DNA of 64,000 bases from positions 22,374,599-22,438,598 of the forward strand of contig NC_069007.1 in assembly GCF_001194135.2 (NCBI RefSeq), read 5' to 3'. Position 1 is the stretch's first letter. Every line of letters starts with the position of its first letter. Below, piece by piece: positions 1 to 21,518 of this stretch. Source of the stretch: Octopus bimaculoides (lineage: Eukaryota). The position numbers and the translations under genes are program-made. A model generated the notes under the pieces. The model ran no database searches and was not told the DNA's origin. It worked only from the letters and a program-made list of their open reading frames with translations.

Positions 1-141
1 ATTTGGGGGTAATTTCTTAATGATCGTTGGATGAACTAAACTCCACGACACTCACTCCTTCAGATAATGGCTATAAGTCGTAACTCTCGACGACAAAATG
101 ACTTTACTTTCCAATCCTACCAAAAATGCTTAAAAGTACAT

Positions 142-512
142 AAATAAACTAATGTAGAAATTATTTTCTTTTTCTTCACGTTCTTCAACTTGCTAATGAA
201 ATTTATTTCTGCAGTTATGAAACTGTGTATCTTTTTTATAGCGGTTAAAAGAACACGAATTTATTTATCTTCAACATACATGCACGCATAAAATGTCCGT
301 TAGCGTTTCAGAGTATATATTTCTCGCTAAATAAACTGTAGAAATTATTTTCTTTTTCTTCACGTTCTTCAACTTGCTAATGAAATTTATTTCTGCAGTT
401 ATGAAACTGTGTATCTTTTTTATAGCGGTTAAAAGAACACGAATTTATTTATCTTCAACATACATGCACGCATAAAATGTCCGTTAGCGTTTCAGAGTAT
501 ATATTTCTCGCT
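142..512. repeat. Near-perfect tandem duplication, period ~184 bp
   Basis: 153-328 is repeated as 337-512, with a small indel near the junction. Confidence 0.9.
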
Positions 513-1189
513 ATGGCGTTTATGCAGCTGGAGTCAGGATTTATGTTTAATGATAACACTTATAAGTGACTTGTTTATCAATATAGATTCTTAATTCAAA
601 AGTAAAATACATTTATTATCTATTTCCAAATAGGAAACATATAAAAGTTACACAAACAGTAACCAAACTGGCTACAAAAATGGCATATCCCCTGTATGGT
701 ATTTTTGTGACACATGCACACACACACATTTCATTGACTACCCTGTGTAGCAAAAGGGGAACTTTCTACGCGCAATGCCATGGTCATTTATGACCGAAAA
801 GGTTATTTACCATTAGGTGATAGTCCTAGATACACTCTATCTGAAGTAAAAGATAGGATGATCACAGCATGAACATCTTTGATAATAGCTTCACTGGATC
901 AGAGTTGGCCTGGAGCTAAACAAGAAATTGATGTTGCATATGTAGTTAGGATTACATGCTTGTATGCAGAATGTGCAACAGTACTCTTGATGGAAACAAG
1001 AGTTGATGTCTCATCAGGTGGTGATGCAGTTCTCTAACTGTTATATATATATATAATGAACAGGCGTAGCTGTGTGATAGGAAGCTTGCTTCTCAAACAC
1101 ATGGTTCCAGGTTCAGTCCCACTATAGCTTCAGGCTGACCGAAACCTTGTGAGTGGATTTGGTAGACAGAAACTGAAAGAAGTCCATCA

Positions 1190-1233
<44 letters not shown>

Positions 1234-2734
1234 TATATGTGTGTGTATATATATATATGTACACACAATCAATCCCACCTACTTATTCTTTTTAAGCCTG
1301 GTACTTATTCTATCAATCTCTTTTGCTGAACTGCTAAGTTACAGGGATGTAAACAAATAAACTAGTTGTCAAAAAGGTGAGGAGGACCAACACACACACA
1401 TCAGGTGTAGCTGTATGGTAAGAAATTTGCTTCCCAACCATATAGTTTTAGGTTCAGTCCCACTGCATGGCACTTTAGGCAAGTGTCTTCTACTGTAGCC
1501 TTGGACCAACTAAATCTTGTGAGTCGATTTAGTGAACGGCAACTGAAAGAAGCCTATCGTGTGTGTGTGTGTGTGTTCGTCCTCTACCACTGCTTGGCAA
1601 CAGTATTGGTGTATTTACTTCCCTGTAACTTAGCGCTTTGGCAAAAGAGACTGAGAGAATAAGTACCAGGCTTAAAAAGAAAAGTACTGGATCGATTCAT
1701 TCAATTAAAAATTCTATATATATATATGATGGGCTTCTTTCAGTTTTCATCTACCAAATCCACTCACAAGGCTTTGCTCAGCCCAAGTCTACAGTAGGAG
1801 ACACTTGCCCAAGGTGCCATGCAGTGGGACTGAACCTGGAGTCATTTGGTTGGGAAGCTAATTCTTACCACTCAGCCATGTATGTTTTTTACCTCCAGCT
1901 CAGTTCTTGCTTTTTAACTTCATGCAATCCAACATAATCATCTCATCATGCATGAATGATTACCTTAGCCAATATGTCATTCCTTTTCCAAAATGATTCG
2001 GTGTAATTTGAAGGGAATTTAGCTGCAATTTTTAGCATGTCAAGAGATCACTTAGAGATTCAGTTCAAGAGTCTGTCTACTTCATATTAAAATCCCAAAC
2101 CTCATAGCCTTTAATTAATTACTAATTATACAGTTTGATACTAATTAATTATTAAATCATGCTGTCTCATACTTAATTAATTAGCTTAATATTTATTCAT
2201 TGTTAATTAAGCAGACTGACAATTATTCATTATTAACTACAAAGTCTGGCAATTATTAATTATTGAAGTTTGAATTTCAAATTTAATATTTATAAAAATA
2301 TTTATTTCATTAAATTACAATTTTTTTTTTTTTATGATTCTTTGTAATCGTTTGTTGTCTGTCTTCCATACTGGCAACTGTGGACAACTTAGTATTCTTG
2401 GACATCCTTCACTGTTTCTGAAAGAAATAAAGAAAGTAAGAAATAAAGAAAACAAAAGAGAATACACAAACAAAAGAAAGAGAGAAACAAAAAAAGTGAG
2501 GTAAGAAAGAAACAAAAAACAAAAACAGGAATGAAGCAAAGAATAAATGAAGAAAAAAGACTTAATCAAAGGCCTCATTCTTCAAGGCCTGCTTTGAGTT
2601 TGTCATTGATGAGGCCACAAACAGCAACAAAAGGACTCTGGCAGAGAAAACTAACAACTAAGTGATTCTTCAATGCATTAAATAAATCACTGGATAGTTA
2701 GTTGGTGAAATAAAGAAGTGGCATTGAACCAGTG

Positions 2735-2941
2735 TGTGTGAGACCGTCCAGAAGAGTTGCAGGAGATTCCAAAGTCGTCTGGAGGCCGTAGTTGAAGCTA
2801 ATGGCGATTATATTGATTGAATTTACTCTTTAGTATTTCAAGATATTTCTATGTAATTTTGGTAAATTATCTGTTAAAATGAGATGTCAGTGTTATTTCC
2901 ATTTTTGCATAGTTTAGACAATTTATTTATCACACCTTGTA
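2735..2941 (+). mobile_element. Tc1/mariner (maT/DD37D-like) 3' end fragment
   Basis: ETVQKSCRRFQSRLEAVVEANGDYID*, followed by a TIR-like end TTTATCACACCTTGTA-TA. Confidence 0.8.
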
Positions 2942-3156
2942 TATGTGTATATATTTATGTGTCCCTCCACCATCACTTGACAACCAATGTTAGTGTGTTT
3001 ATGTCCCCATAACTAGCAGTTCAGCAAAAGAGATTGATAGAATAAGTACTAGGCTTAGAAAGAATCAGTCCTGGAGTTGATTTCATCAATCCCTTTAAGG
3101 TGGTGCTCTAGCATGGCCACAGTCAAATGACAAACATGTAAAAGAATAAAAAAGTA

Positions 3157-3188
<32 letters not shown>

Positions 3189-3889
3189 CAGACAGATAGA
3201 CATGTGTATATACATATGTATATCTATCTATCTAAGAAACAAAAAGAAAATACTCGAAGTTTATCATGAATAAAAGAAAATAATATTTACATCTTTATCA
3301 AAATAAGCTACCGGTTTCATTCATTTTTAAGCCATTTAGTCATGCTGTAAGAGAAGGGAAAATTATATATATAGCATACAGTGATATACAAAGATATGAT
3401 GAAGAGGAATTAAATAACAGAGTGAGGTAAAGAAGTAACATAGAAATATGAAAGTTCATACAGTACAGAGTCAAATAAATTAAAATAAAATATAAGCATT
3501 AAATAAAAATAAAGCAAACCAAACCTATTGTAAAACATTAAAAATCATAAAGCAGGCCTCTCACAAAAAAGAAACAACCGAAACATCACAAATAATTAAA
3601 TTAATTAAGAATAGTGATCAGGAGTAAATACTACAGCATTCACCTAATTAAACCATTAGAATTATCAAAATCATTTTTAAATGTTTAAAACAAGTCATTT
3701 GATTTTTAAAATAATTTCAAACAGAGTAACTTTAACATCAGCTGATTCTATTATTTTATTATTAATCCTGTTATTTACTGTAGCATCCTTTCTTTAATAC
3801 TTAAATGCTGAATTTTATGATTACAATTCATTATTCTTTCATTTCATTTATTCTGGATACTTTAACAATTCTGCCAGCTTACTGCCAAA

Positions 3890-3922
<33 letters not shown>

Positions 3923-4301
3923 CTTAGACATGACACCAGGAAAACAACCCCAATGGGCACTGTGCACATTTTATTGATGAGCTCTATCATCTTAAATTTC
4001 ATATTCTTAATAGCATTTTTATTAAGCATTCATGCTTACTAAAATTTTTTTTTTTTTAATTTTTCCAGTTCTAGTGCTTCTCGATATCATATAGTCAGCC
4101 AATGTATTCAGAATATCATATCTGTTATCCACCTCAGGTGTCTTGGTAGCATCAGAAAGAAAATTTTTACATTTTTATCAAAATAAGCTACCAGTTTCAT
4201 TCATTTTTAAGAAATTGTCATGCTGTAAGAGAAGGGAAAATTTTTCACAATAAAAATATTAATAACAATAATAATAATGTATGCGTGATTATACCTGTGT
4301 C

Positions 4302-11869
<7,568 letters not shown>

Positions 11870-13420
11870 TTCAGGGTAGAGTAGATGTACCTGGAAATAG
11901 GTAAGTTCTATGAGTAAGGTAGCAGTGGTGGTGATGTTTGTTGTGGAAGTGGTAGTAGTGGTGCTGATGGCGATGAAGATAGTGGGGTCGATGTAATCAA
12001 CTAGTCCCCTCTCCCAAAATTTCAGGCCTTCTGCCTATAGTATAAAGGATTATTATTATTATTATTATTATTATTATACAAGGCGGCAAACTGGCAGAAT
12101 CGTTAGCACATCAGACAAAATGCTTAGCAGCATTTTGTCTGTCTTTACATTCTGAGTTCAAATCCCATGAAGGTTGGCTTTGCCTTTCATCCTTTCGTAG
12201 TTGATAAAATAAGTACCAGTTGAGCCATGGAGGTCGATGTAATCGATTTACCCACCTCCTCTCGAAATTGTTGGCCTTCTGCTAAAATATGAAACTATTA
12301 TTATTATAATTGACGGTGGTGGATTGGCAAAATCTTTCGTGCATTGAATACAATTCCTTGGCGCATTTCGTTAAAGCCTTCTATGTTCTAAGCTCAAATT
12401 CCACCAAGTTCAACTTTGTTTGTCATTCTTCCGAAGATGACAGAATAGATTACTTGACAAGTAGTGGGGTCACCCCTATTTCGAAATTGTTGACCTTGTG
12501 CCCAAATTATAAACTAATATTATAAGGATGATGAATTTGTAGAACCGTTAGATCATGGAACAAAACGACTTGCAGCATTTGTTCCATTTCTTTATATTCT
12601 GAGTTCGAATCACGCCAAGCACCAGTCAAGTAGTGGAGTCGACGGTATCGAATGACCCCCACCCTCTTCTCACTAGCCTTCTGCCTAAATAAGAAACTAT
12701 TACTGAAGAATGTTGAGCACATAATAGGTCAAACAACTGATAAAATGAGTTGTGGTACTTAGTTATGTCCCTTTAACTACTGAACTGAAATGTTGCTGAG
12801 GTCAAGACTGTCATTCGTCTTTGCAAGACTGCAATTCCCAAACTCAAACATTTATGTCCTGTATCAATATAAGAAAGCATTAATATCATATCTAGGACGT
12901 AAACAGCAGAATTGGTAGAGCGCTTTATATTATATACCATATGACATTTATTTACATTCATTTACGTTTAGACTCGTTTCCTACAAGGACAGATAAAATA
13001 AAGTTCCAGAAAAGTACGAAGATCGATTTAATAGAATATATACTTCGATACAATTTGTAGGCCTAGAAAGCTATACAAGGATATTCAGCTACCATTATTA
13101 AGAGGTTATGTCACCGCAAGGTATTACATCGTTGGTTCATAAAGTCATTAACTTGAATTGCATCGGTCCATCACCGATATTTTTCAACCGATCTAAACTT
13201 AAAATGGAGAAGGACGAAATTACCGTATTCACTTGTGAATAAGTCACACAACTTTATACTTGATTTTAACTGAAAGAGAAAAATAACCAACTCGGGTGCG
13301 AGTTATATACGTGGCAAGGCTAAAATTATGAAACAAGATTTAACACAAAATTAAGGGTGTGTGACTTAAGCATGAGTAAATACGGTTATATAATGTTTGG
13401 TGAGTTTTTAAGCTGTTTGA

Positions 13421-13620
13421 CACCTGGCAGAATCGTTAGCAGTATTTCGTCCGTCTTTACGTTCTGAATTCAAATTCTGCCCGGATCGACTTTGCCTTTC
13501 ATTCCTTCGGAGTCGATAAAATAAGCACCAGTTGATTACTGGGGTCGATGTAACCGACTGGACCCTCCCCCAAATTTCAGGCCTTGTGCCTTTAGTAGAA
13601 AGGATTATTACTATTATTAT
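13421..13620 (+). mobile_element. tRNA-derived SINE family B, representative; others at 6895-7070 (-), 8190-8390 (-), 12079-12305, 53340-53540, 62925-63140
   Basis: GCTGGCAGAATCGTTAGC..GAGTTCAAATTC..GACTTTGCCTTTCATCC..GATAAAATAAGTACCAG, ending in (ATT)n. Confidence 0.85.
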
Positions 13621-16600
13621 CAAGGCGGTAAATTGACAGGATTGTCAGGGCATCGCATAAAATGCTTTACAGTATTCATCATGGTTCGTCCTTTAAGCCT
13701 TGAGTCAAAATCCCGTCGAGATCAACATTACCTTTCATACTTTTGGGTTCGATAAACAAAATAAAGTATCGGTGATGTACTGTAGTCCATGTGATCTACT
13801 TGCCCCTACCTTCGAAGCTACAAAAGGCAGTGAGCAGGCAGAACCGTTACTTTGTCAGAAGAAAAAAAATGCTTAACAGCATTTCTTATGGCTCTTTACG
13901 TTCTGAGTTGTAGGCCTCGTGCTGAAGTTAGGAAGTTATAATTAGCTACCATTTCTGACAGGTCGAGTAACCACATGGAATTATCCCGTTGGATCGCAAA
14001 GTCATTAATTTGTAGGGTTGGTGTATATTCGATTGAATCGCACCAGTCTATCACCTATATACATTCTACCTACTTACGTAGAGTGCACATGCACCCTACG
14101 TCAACTTTGCCTTTCATCTTTTGGGAGTTGATAAAATAAGGTGCCGGTTAATTAATGGAGTCGAAATAATCGACTAACCTCTTTTTCACTGAAATTGCCG
14201 ACCTTGTGCCTATAGCAGAAAGCATTATTAACGTAAGCACTTAGTCTGGTGCCCTCACCGACTTTAAAAAGCAGAGCACACAGACAAAAACCCGCGACCT
14301 GGTTTCGGTTCTCGCTCGAGAATAATTTCATTTCACTTTCAAGTATGCTGTCCAGTTTCATAAAAATAATTATACAAAAAAGGTTTAAGCGAATTAACAG
14401 CTCTTTACACCTCTAAGTCTATAGAATTATATTATTTAAACAACAAAATATTAAAGATTTGCAGCAGTGTAAAGCATTTATGACACACGTACCGTCTTAT
14501 AAACGAGCACCGACTGCTCAGTCAGCTACCGAAAGGGTCTCTTCGTCATTATTCAATCTGCTAGATATGGTAGCTAAATTGCCCTAACAATATACACCCT
14601 GCCTTCTTAAAACAAAACAAATTTACATTACGTTGCTCTATATAAAAAATGTCTAATGTCTTTAAAATAAACAAATAAAGACGGGACGGCCAAGGTTCGA
14701 ATGTTTTTGATAATAGGTTTGCATGATATAGGTTGACCCAAAGTTAAACACTTGAGGCAACGGTGCGATATATCTACCGCACCAAAAGTAGATTTATAAA
14801 TCTAATTATTATAACCATTATAGAGAAGTTGGAACCACAAACCTCTTTAAAAAGTGTCCGAGTCGCCGATGCTGATGGAATTATGTCACTAGTATGGGGA
14901 ATAACTCGCAGCCAACTGTTGACAAAACATGTGCGTCGGGCTCTCGTAAATATGTGTGTACTTATAGATGATTAAATGAATCTGTGTATCTGTACAGGTA
15001 CAGATACACAGTGTGAGTATGTGTACGCGCGTACAGATGCATATATGAGTGGATGTGCGAAAGGCAAAAATCAACCTTGGTAGAATTTAAACTCAGAACG
15101 TGAGTTTAAATGCTAGTTGCTTCGCTCGTCACACCAAGCTAAACCTAATCATTAAGCAGACCCTGGCTCAGATTAATATCCCCTCAGTTCTGGGGCCATC
15201 AAGGTTATCCAGAAGTGATGAAAAGAGACCAGATTGTCTTACCGCCTGTCCTTGGGGAACGAAATCGAAGGGGCCCAATTGTGTAGGTTTACCCCGTCAT
15301 TTTTATAAAGTCCCATCCTGGATGAAACGGTAGCTTCGTAGATATGGGTCACAATTTAGTCCAATACGGAAGCAAAAATCACTTCGCATGTGACATGCAA
15401 TTGTAAGTTACAATTACATAGCACTGGTGTCAGCTATTCTTAGATGATAATCGGTAAGTGTTTAATACTACGGAGATCCTAAATAAAAACCGGGGCATTA
15501 TTCTATCGTCTGAGGTATGTAAATTATTATTTTTAATTATCATTTATTATTCTACACTCTTCTGGGTGTATATTTTCCGATCTAAAAGGTAACTTCCAAT
15601 AAATTTAGGTGATTCTCCTAGCAGCCGATCGTAATGTTTACAATGAAGGCCACTGTCTACTTTGGCCGAGCCTAGAACAATGCAATATTATAAATTATTG
15701 AATACAGAATTATATCCATTTCGTATTCGTTTCCTACACATATTTTTACACCCGTTGCACTATTTAAATTTTTTTTTTTTATTTTCGTTTCCTGGTCAAG
15801 TTGTAAACATTAACCGAGTCTTGTGTTCTGTTATTCTATTATTGATGTTAAGGTTGATTTATTTTCGTTTTCAAACTTTAAAATTATTCTAAAAACGAGG
15901 AAACACACGGAACATACCATTGTGAGGGACATAGATGTCTTGACACCGTTTCGTTTACGTAAAAATTGGAATTTTGGAAAAAATTTTTTTTTACAACCGA
16001 GATTTCTGTTTTTGTTTGCGTGAAATTATTAAAAAATTGTAAGATTTGGCTGTTATTTGTAGCATGTGAGACACCTAGGCTTGACTTTATGTGCTGGTTG
16101 AAAATCACCTAAAATCACCATTTAATTCTTCCAAATATTTCTGTTAAAACTGTATTGAAACCAACTGTGGGGAATTTTTTTTGTTATCACAGCAACTGGT
16201 CACCATTTTTTGAAACTTGAAAACTATCAAAGTAGACATTGGTTTTGAAAAAAGTGGCTTGCAGTCCAACAGGGGAGAGAAAATTGTATGATCTTTCGAT
16301 ATTGATTGTTAAACACCAGAAATTATCAAGATATTTTATTAGCAACCTCAATTACGATCGGGTCAAAGTTGAGGAAAGATTTCTTTAAAAAGAGGAGCTG
16401 ACTATGCTTCGGACTCTCTCAACTTCAAAAACAACAACTATGCTGACCAATTTTTACTCCCAAGGATCATGGAACAGTACCAAATAATGATGCAATACTT
16501 GCAATTTAATAATTTCAAATAGATAGGGAGAAAATAACGAAAATTTGGAAATTGCTCGTTTTGCCCCACCCCTATAGCTTTATATGTGCATCGAGATCCA

Positions 16601-17176
16601 ATCCCTAAGAAAGAACCATTCCACGTTCTATAGATAATTTATAAATTCGTATGACATCAACATTTTGTACTGTTTTTCAAGTGTGTCCTCCCTTTCATAC
16701 AATGTGATTCACAAAAGTTTTGACTACAATCAGGTACGCTCTTTATCACGTCAAAACCTAGTTATTTTAGCGGCTGAGTCACTTCCTTTGTTAATTCAGT
16801 ATAAATTTAATCAGGCGTCGTTCGACTTTAGACCCGATCACTTTCCATACAGACACAATACAAAAATATTTACTGTTTCCTTTCGACATCGTCCATGACA
16901 AAGAGTTGAAACAATCGGTTCATACATCGATTCTGTTTTAAGGTTTAATATTTATTTTACTTTGTATTTTCTTTCCTTGTCGTATGGACCCAGCAAGATT
17001 AATCTCTAAATATCAGTGATATTATTTTTATCAATCACTAAATGTTTTGCTTTGATTTCTGTGTTTCAAATGAAATTTCATTAGGCAATTGTAAATATAC
17101 GTTGTAGGTTTTTACGTGTACACACTGATTATATATACTCTTTTACTTGCTTCGGTCATTTGACACACATATATAT

Positions 17177-17534
17177 AATCAAAATAAGCAACAAGGATAT
17201 CCAAAGTTAATGCAGTACGATCGTTTCCTGCGACTCCATTTAATTAAGCAATGTGAACATTAGAATTATTTAGAATTATTTACTAGCCTGTATGGTCTGG
17301 CTAAGTCAAAATGTTTTTTTGTATTCTTCCTTTCTACTTGGAGAGTTTAAATGTAGTTATGAAAATATGTCCTTCTGTTTAAATGTAATTTCAGTAAATT
17401 TCTATATCTTTGTGCAGCTAAGGATTGCTCTGCATTTTACATTTGATGTAATGTTCACATTGCTTAATTAAATGAAGTCGCATGAAACGATCGTACTGCA
17501 TTAACTTTGGATATCCGTGTTGCTTATTTTGATT
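17177..17534. mobile_element. MITE-like foldback element with 86-bp terminal inverted repeats
   Basis: Arms 17177-17262 and 17449-17534 are reverse complements with 3 mismatches. No clean TSD. Confidence 0.8.
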
Positions 17535-18240
17535 TTAATCACCTTATTTTGAAATTGTATGGATAATAACCATACTTAATTCTGGTGTCCAAATGATTTT
17601 GAAGACTGTGGAATAGATGATAATCAGATGGGGCAATGTCGTTTCAAGTACGGCAAAGCACCACGTATCTCAGTCCTTTGTCATCTCCTTTGTAAGTTTC
17701 AGCATTTTGAGATCGACATTCAATATTTCATCCCATGTCTTCCTGGGTCTCCCTCTTTCACAACTTCCCTACACTTTAAGTGATTGACACTTCTTTATGC
17801 AGCTGATCTCATCCATCCGCATCACATGACCAAACCAACACAGTCTCCTTTATTGCACACTGCATATAATTCGTTTTATGCCCAACTTTTCTCTACATGC
17901 AGCATGACATGACTCTCACCATATTCAACCTTTCCTTCTTCTTTTCTTGTCTCTTCTTTTTATCTATTTATTTTCAACTCTGATGAAGCTCCATGATTCA
18001 AATCGGTTTTATCACCAGCTATGACAAATATTCTCTTGGTATCATAATGGTAATTCTAAAGAACATTTTCAGCAGAAACAGCTGTTAGATGGGATGCAGT
18101 CTTTTTGTAAATTATTAATAAATAATAATGGATGCAAATGAATTGTTGTTTGTTATCTCCATTTTCTGTTTTCTTTATATATATATATATATTACTGTCA
18201 TTCAGTCACTAAATTTCTTTTCTCTTTCAGTATTTCAGCA

Positions 18241-21200
18241 ATGTTGCGCACTGTAATATATATTGTGGCTCTCATTTGCCTAAATTCTGTTATTGCTGGT
18301 AAGTTTATGACTAATCTGTTTATCAACCTTATCCTTCCTTCTTTTCCATATCCTACATTATCTTTTAATCCACCTCATCAATTTCTGATTTTTTCCAGTT
18401 ACTTTTGTTTTTGTTTAACCTCCAAACAGCTCTGATTGAACAGATGTAAGATTGACCTGCTAGAAATAGCTGTCAAATCTCCATCAATAACACTCTGCTG
18501 TCTTAAAAAACAGGACACAGTGGAAAAAGTAACCCTAGGTAGAGAAAAGCATGGATAAGATCAATATACATAACCAGTCTGACCACTGAGTTATAGTGGT
18601 CATTCAGCCATGCCAGTAGCTGAGGTATTATACTGTCTGCTATTTCATACTAACTGACCACTGAGCTATCCTGACTTGTCAGTACTTCCCGCCTAACTGT
18701 TTCCAGTTCATTCCGTATATGCTACATGATGATGATGATCATCATCATTTAATGTCTGTTGTCCATGCTGGCATGGGTTGGATGGTTTGACCAGGGCTGG
18801 TAAGCTGAGGGGCTGCACCAGTCTGATTTGGCATGGTTTCTACAACTGGATGCCCTTCCTACTGCCAACCACTCCGAGAGTGTAACGGGTGCTTTTACCT
18901 GCCACTGGCATAGATGCCAGCTGTGTGGCACCAGTATCTGCCACGACTGCGATTCTACTTGGCCTTCTTCTCGAGCACAGCATATTGCCAAAGATCTCAG
19001 TCACTTGCAATTGCCTCTGTGAGGCCCAACACTCGAAAGGGGCTTTTTAGCACCACATCAGTAAAAGTGCTAGTTATGCAACACCAGCATTGGCCATATT
19101 GCCACTTCCATCATGCCCAACGCTCAAAAGGTGCTTTACGTAAATTGATGATATAAAATACATTTATAAAATAAAATTAACACAGAATTTTGCCTCTCGC
19201 AATATAGAAACATTTTTCATGGCACCAGCAGACAAAATGGAAAAGGCAATGCCCTGGAGGATACTAAGGGAGATGCACTGGAACAGCCACTCTGACTCCT
19301 GGGGCTTGCACTTGTGGACAGCAATCTACACCCTCATAGCAGTGAGCAACGATATGGTTCAAGGGGCCAAGAACACTGAAGTTCTCAACTGTCATCTATT
19401 TGACCATGAACCTATCAGAGATCGACCAATACCTTGAGAATTTTCTCCCTCTCTTCCTCCCCCTGTGTTGTTTATTGAACCGTTTACCAGCTGTTCTACC
19501 TTTTGGTTTCATTTCAGACACAGCGTCATCCGAGAAAATTGTCTGTTATTATGGAACAGGTCTTTCAAATTACTCTACTCCTTTGCCACCTGGTCTGGAC
19601 CCTACCTTATGTACTCATTTGATCTTTATTGGATCCACTATAATTGATGGACAGATCAAACCCCCAAAACCAACTGATCCACAGATGTACTATGAGAAAA
19701 TTCCTTTAATGAAAAAACTTAACCCAGAGCTGAAAGTTTTATTATGCAATGGAGGAAATTTCAATGGGGTCCTTGCCACAAGTCAGAATCGATCCAGGTA
19801 TAGCGCATCTTAGAATATATGGACTAATCAATTATCTTATATTATAAAAGAGAAGCTCATCTCCGTCTGTCCATCACAAAATATATGTGAAAGAGAGGGG
19901 GAGAGGAGGAGAAAAAGTTGTTGCTATTGAGAGAGAAATACACTGAGATAGAGAGAGTGTGTATGTGTGTGTGTGAAAGATAGATAGATAGATAGGTAGT
20001 GTTGTCACCATAGTAACTAAGAAATTTTGATTAGAAATACAGGAACTTTTAGTGCAAGTTTGTCAACACAGCACATCACAGACTCAAAACAAAAAAAACA
20101 AGAGTTTCAATATATTACCATATAGATAGTTATTTTTTGGTTGTTTGTGTGTGTGTGTACTCTTTTACCTTTTCAGCCATGCGGCTGTGGTCATGCTGGA
20201 GCACCACCATGTTTACTCTTTTATGTTCTAAGTTCAAATTTCCTCAAGGCTGTCTTTGCCTTTCATCTTTTCAGGGTCAGTAAAATAAGTACTAGTTGAG
20301 CACCAGTGCTGACTGTTATCAGCTTAACTAATCCTGAGTAAGAGTATAAAAACTGCACCCCTCTGCCAAGCCATGTTGAGCCAGCATAGCAGAATAGGCT
20401 CATCAAACCAGTGTGACCTGATGGTCAAATTCCTAGCCTCCATGTCAGACCAGCTGATGCTGGTGGTGGTGATGGTGATGGATGCAGTGGCAGTGGTGAT
20501 GATGGTTGTGGTCAGCCAGGAGCTATAATAAAAGACACTTGTCCAAGGTACTGTGCAGAAGAACTGAACCTTAGACCATGTGGTTGTAAAGCAAGCTTCT
20601 TCACCATATAACCATTTTTTAAATTTTCAATTTTTCTTCTTCCAGATTTGCCAACAGTTCACTGCCTATTCTCAGGAAATATGGTTTTGATGGGTTGGAT
20701 CTTGATTTCGAATTTCCTGCTTGGAATGGTTTACCCAAGTCTCAGAAACATTCCTTCAGTCTTTTATTGACGGTAATTTACTTCAAAACTTTACAAGTAT
20801 TTAATCTGTTATATTGGGTTTTCGATATCCATATTTTGTCAGCAATAACATCAGGAGTAATAGTGTTCCAACTGGGTATTTTCTGGTTGCCAGCATATTT
20901 GATATTGTCGAGAAAGTGTCTATATATAAAAGACACATACAGATATATATAAAGGTCATATACAAATTTATAAAGGACATATGCAAATATATAGTCTAGT
21001 TTCCAAAATTTTTTGGTTGATGAGGATATATAATCCAAGCAGGTACCAATATGAACGTCTACCAAATTCACTCTCAAGACTTTACTCAGTCCAAGGCAAT
21101 AATAAAAGACACTTGTGGAAAGTGCCCCACTGTGGGACTGAACCTGGAGCCATGTGGTTGGGAATCAAGCTTCTTACCACACAGCCACACCTGCACCTTT

Positions 21201-21477
21201 AGTATAGTTTATTTTATTTGTATATTTATATTCATACCACTACTGGTATCATTTGTTTTCTTTACTGTCCTCAACATTCGTTTATTATTCCCAGCAGCTT
21301 TTTCATTGGTGAAGCCACCAAAAGTGAACAATATTATCATTAAAGGAGTGAGATTTTAATGATTTGGGGGGGGGGGATAATAACTGACGAGGAATGAGTA
21401 TATCCATATCTTGTGTCTGTATTTCCCATTCATTCCTTTGTCATGCTTCTGTTTCATTTTTGAGACTCTATGTATAA

Positions 21478-21518
<41 letters not shown>

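Noticed and set aside
1093-1278. Many ORF-track entries rich in YI/CV/HT/SL repeats or SINE text
   Set aside because: They are translations of microsatellites and SINE or LINE UTRs.
2315-2420. Strong minus-strand acceptor downstream of ALDH9A1, in phase with exon 8
   Set aside because: The predicted peptide lacks ALDH C-terminal motifs, and the pyrimidine tract is low-complexity sequence.
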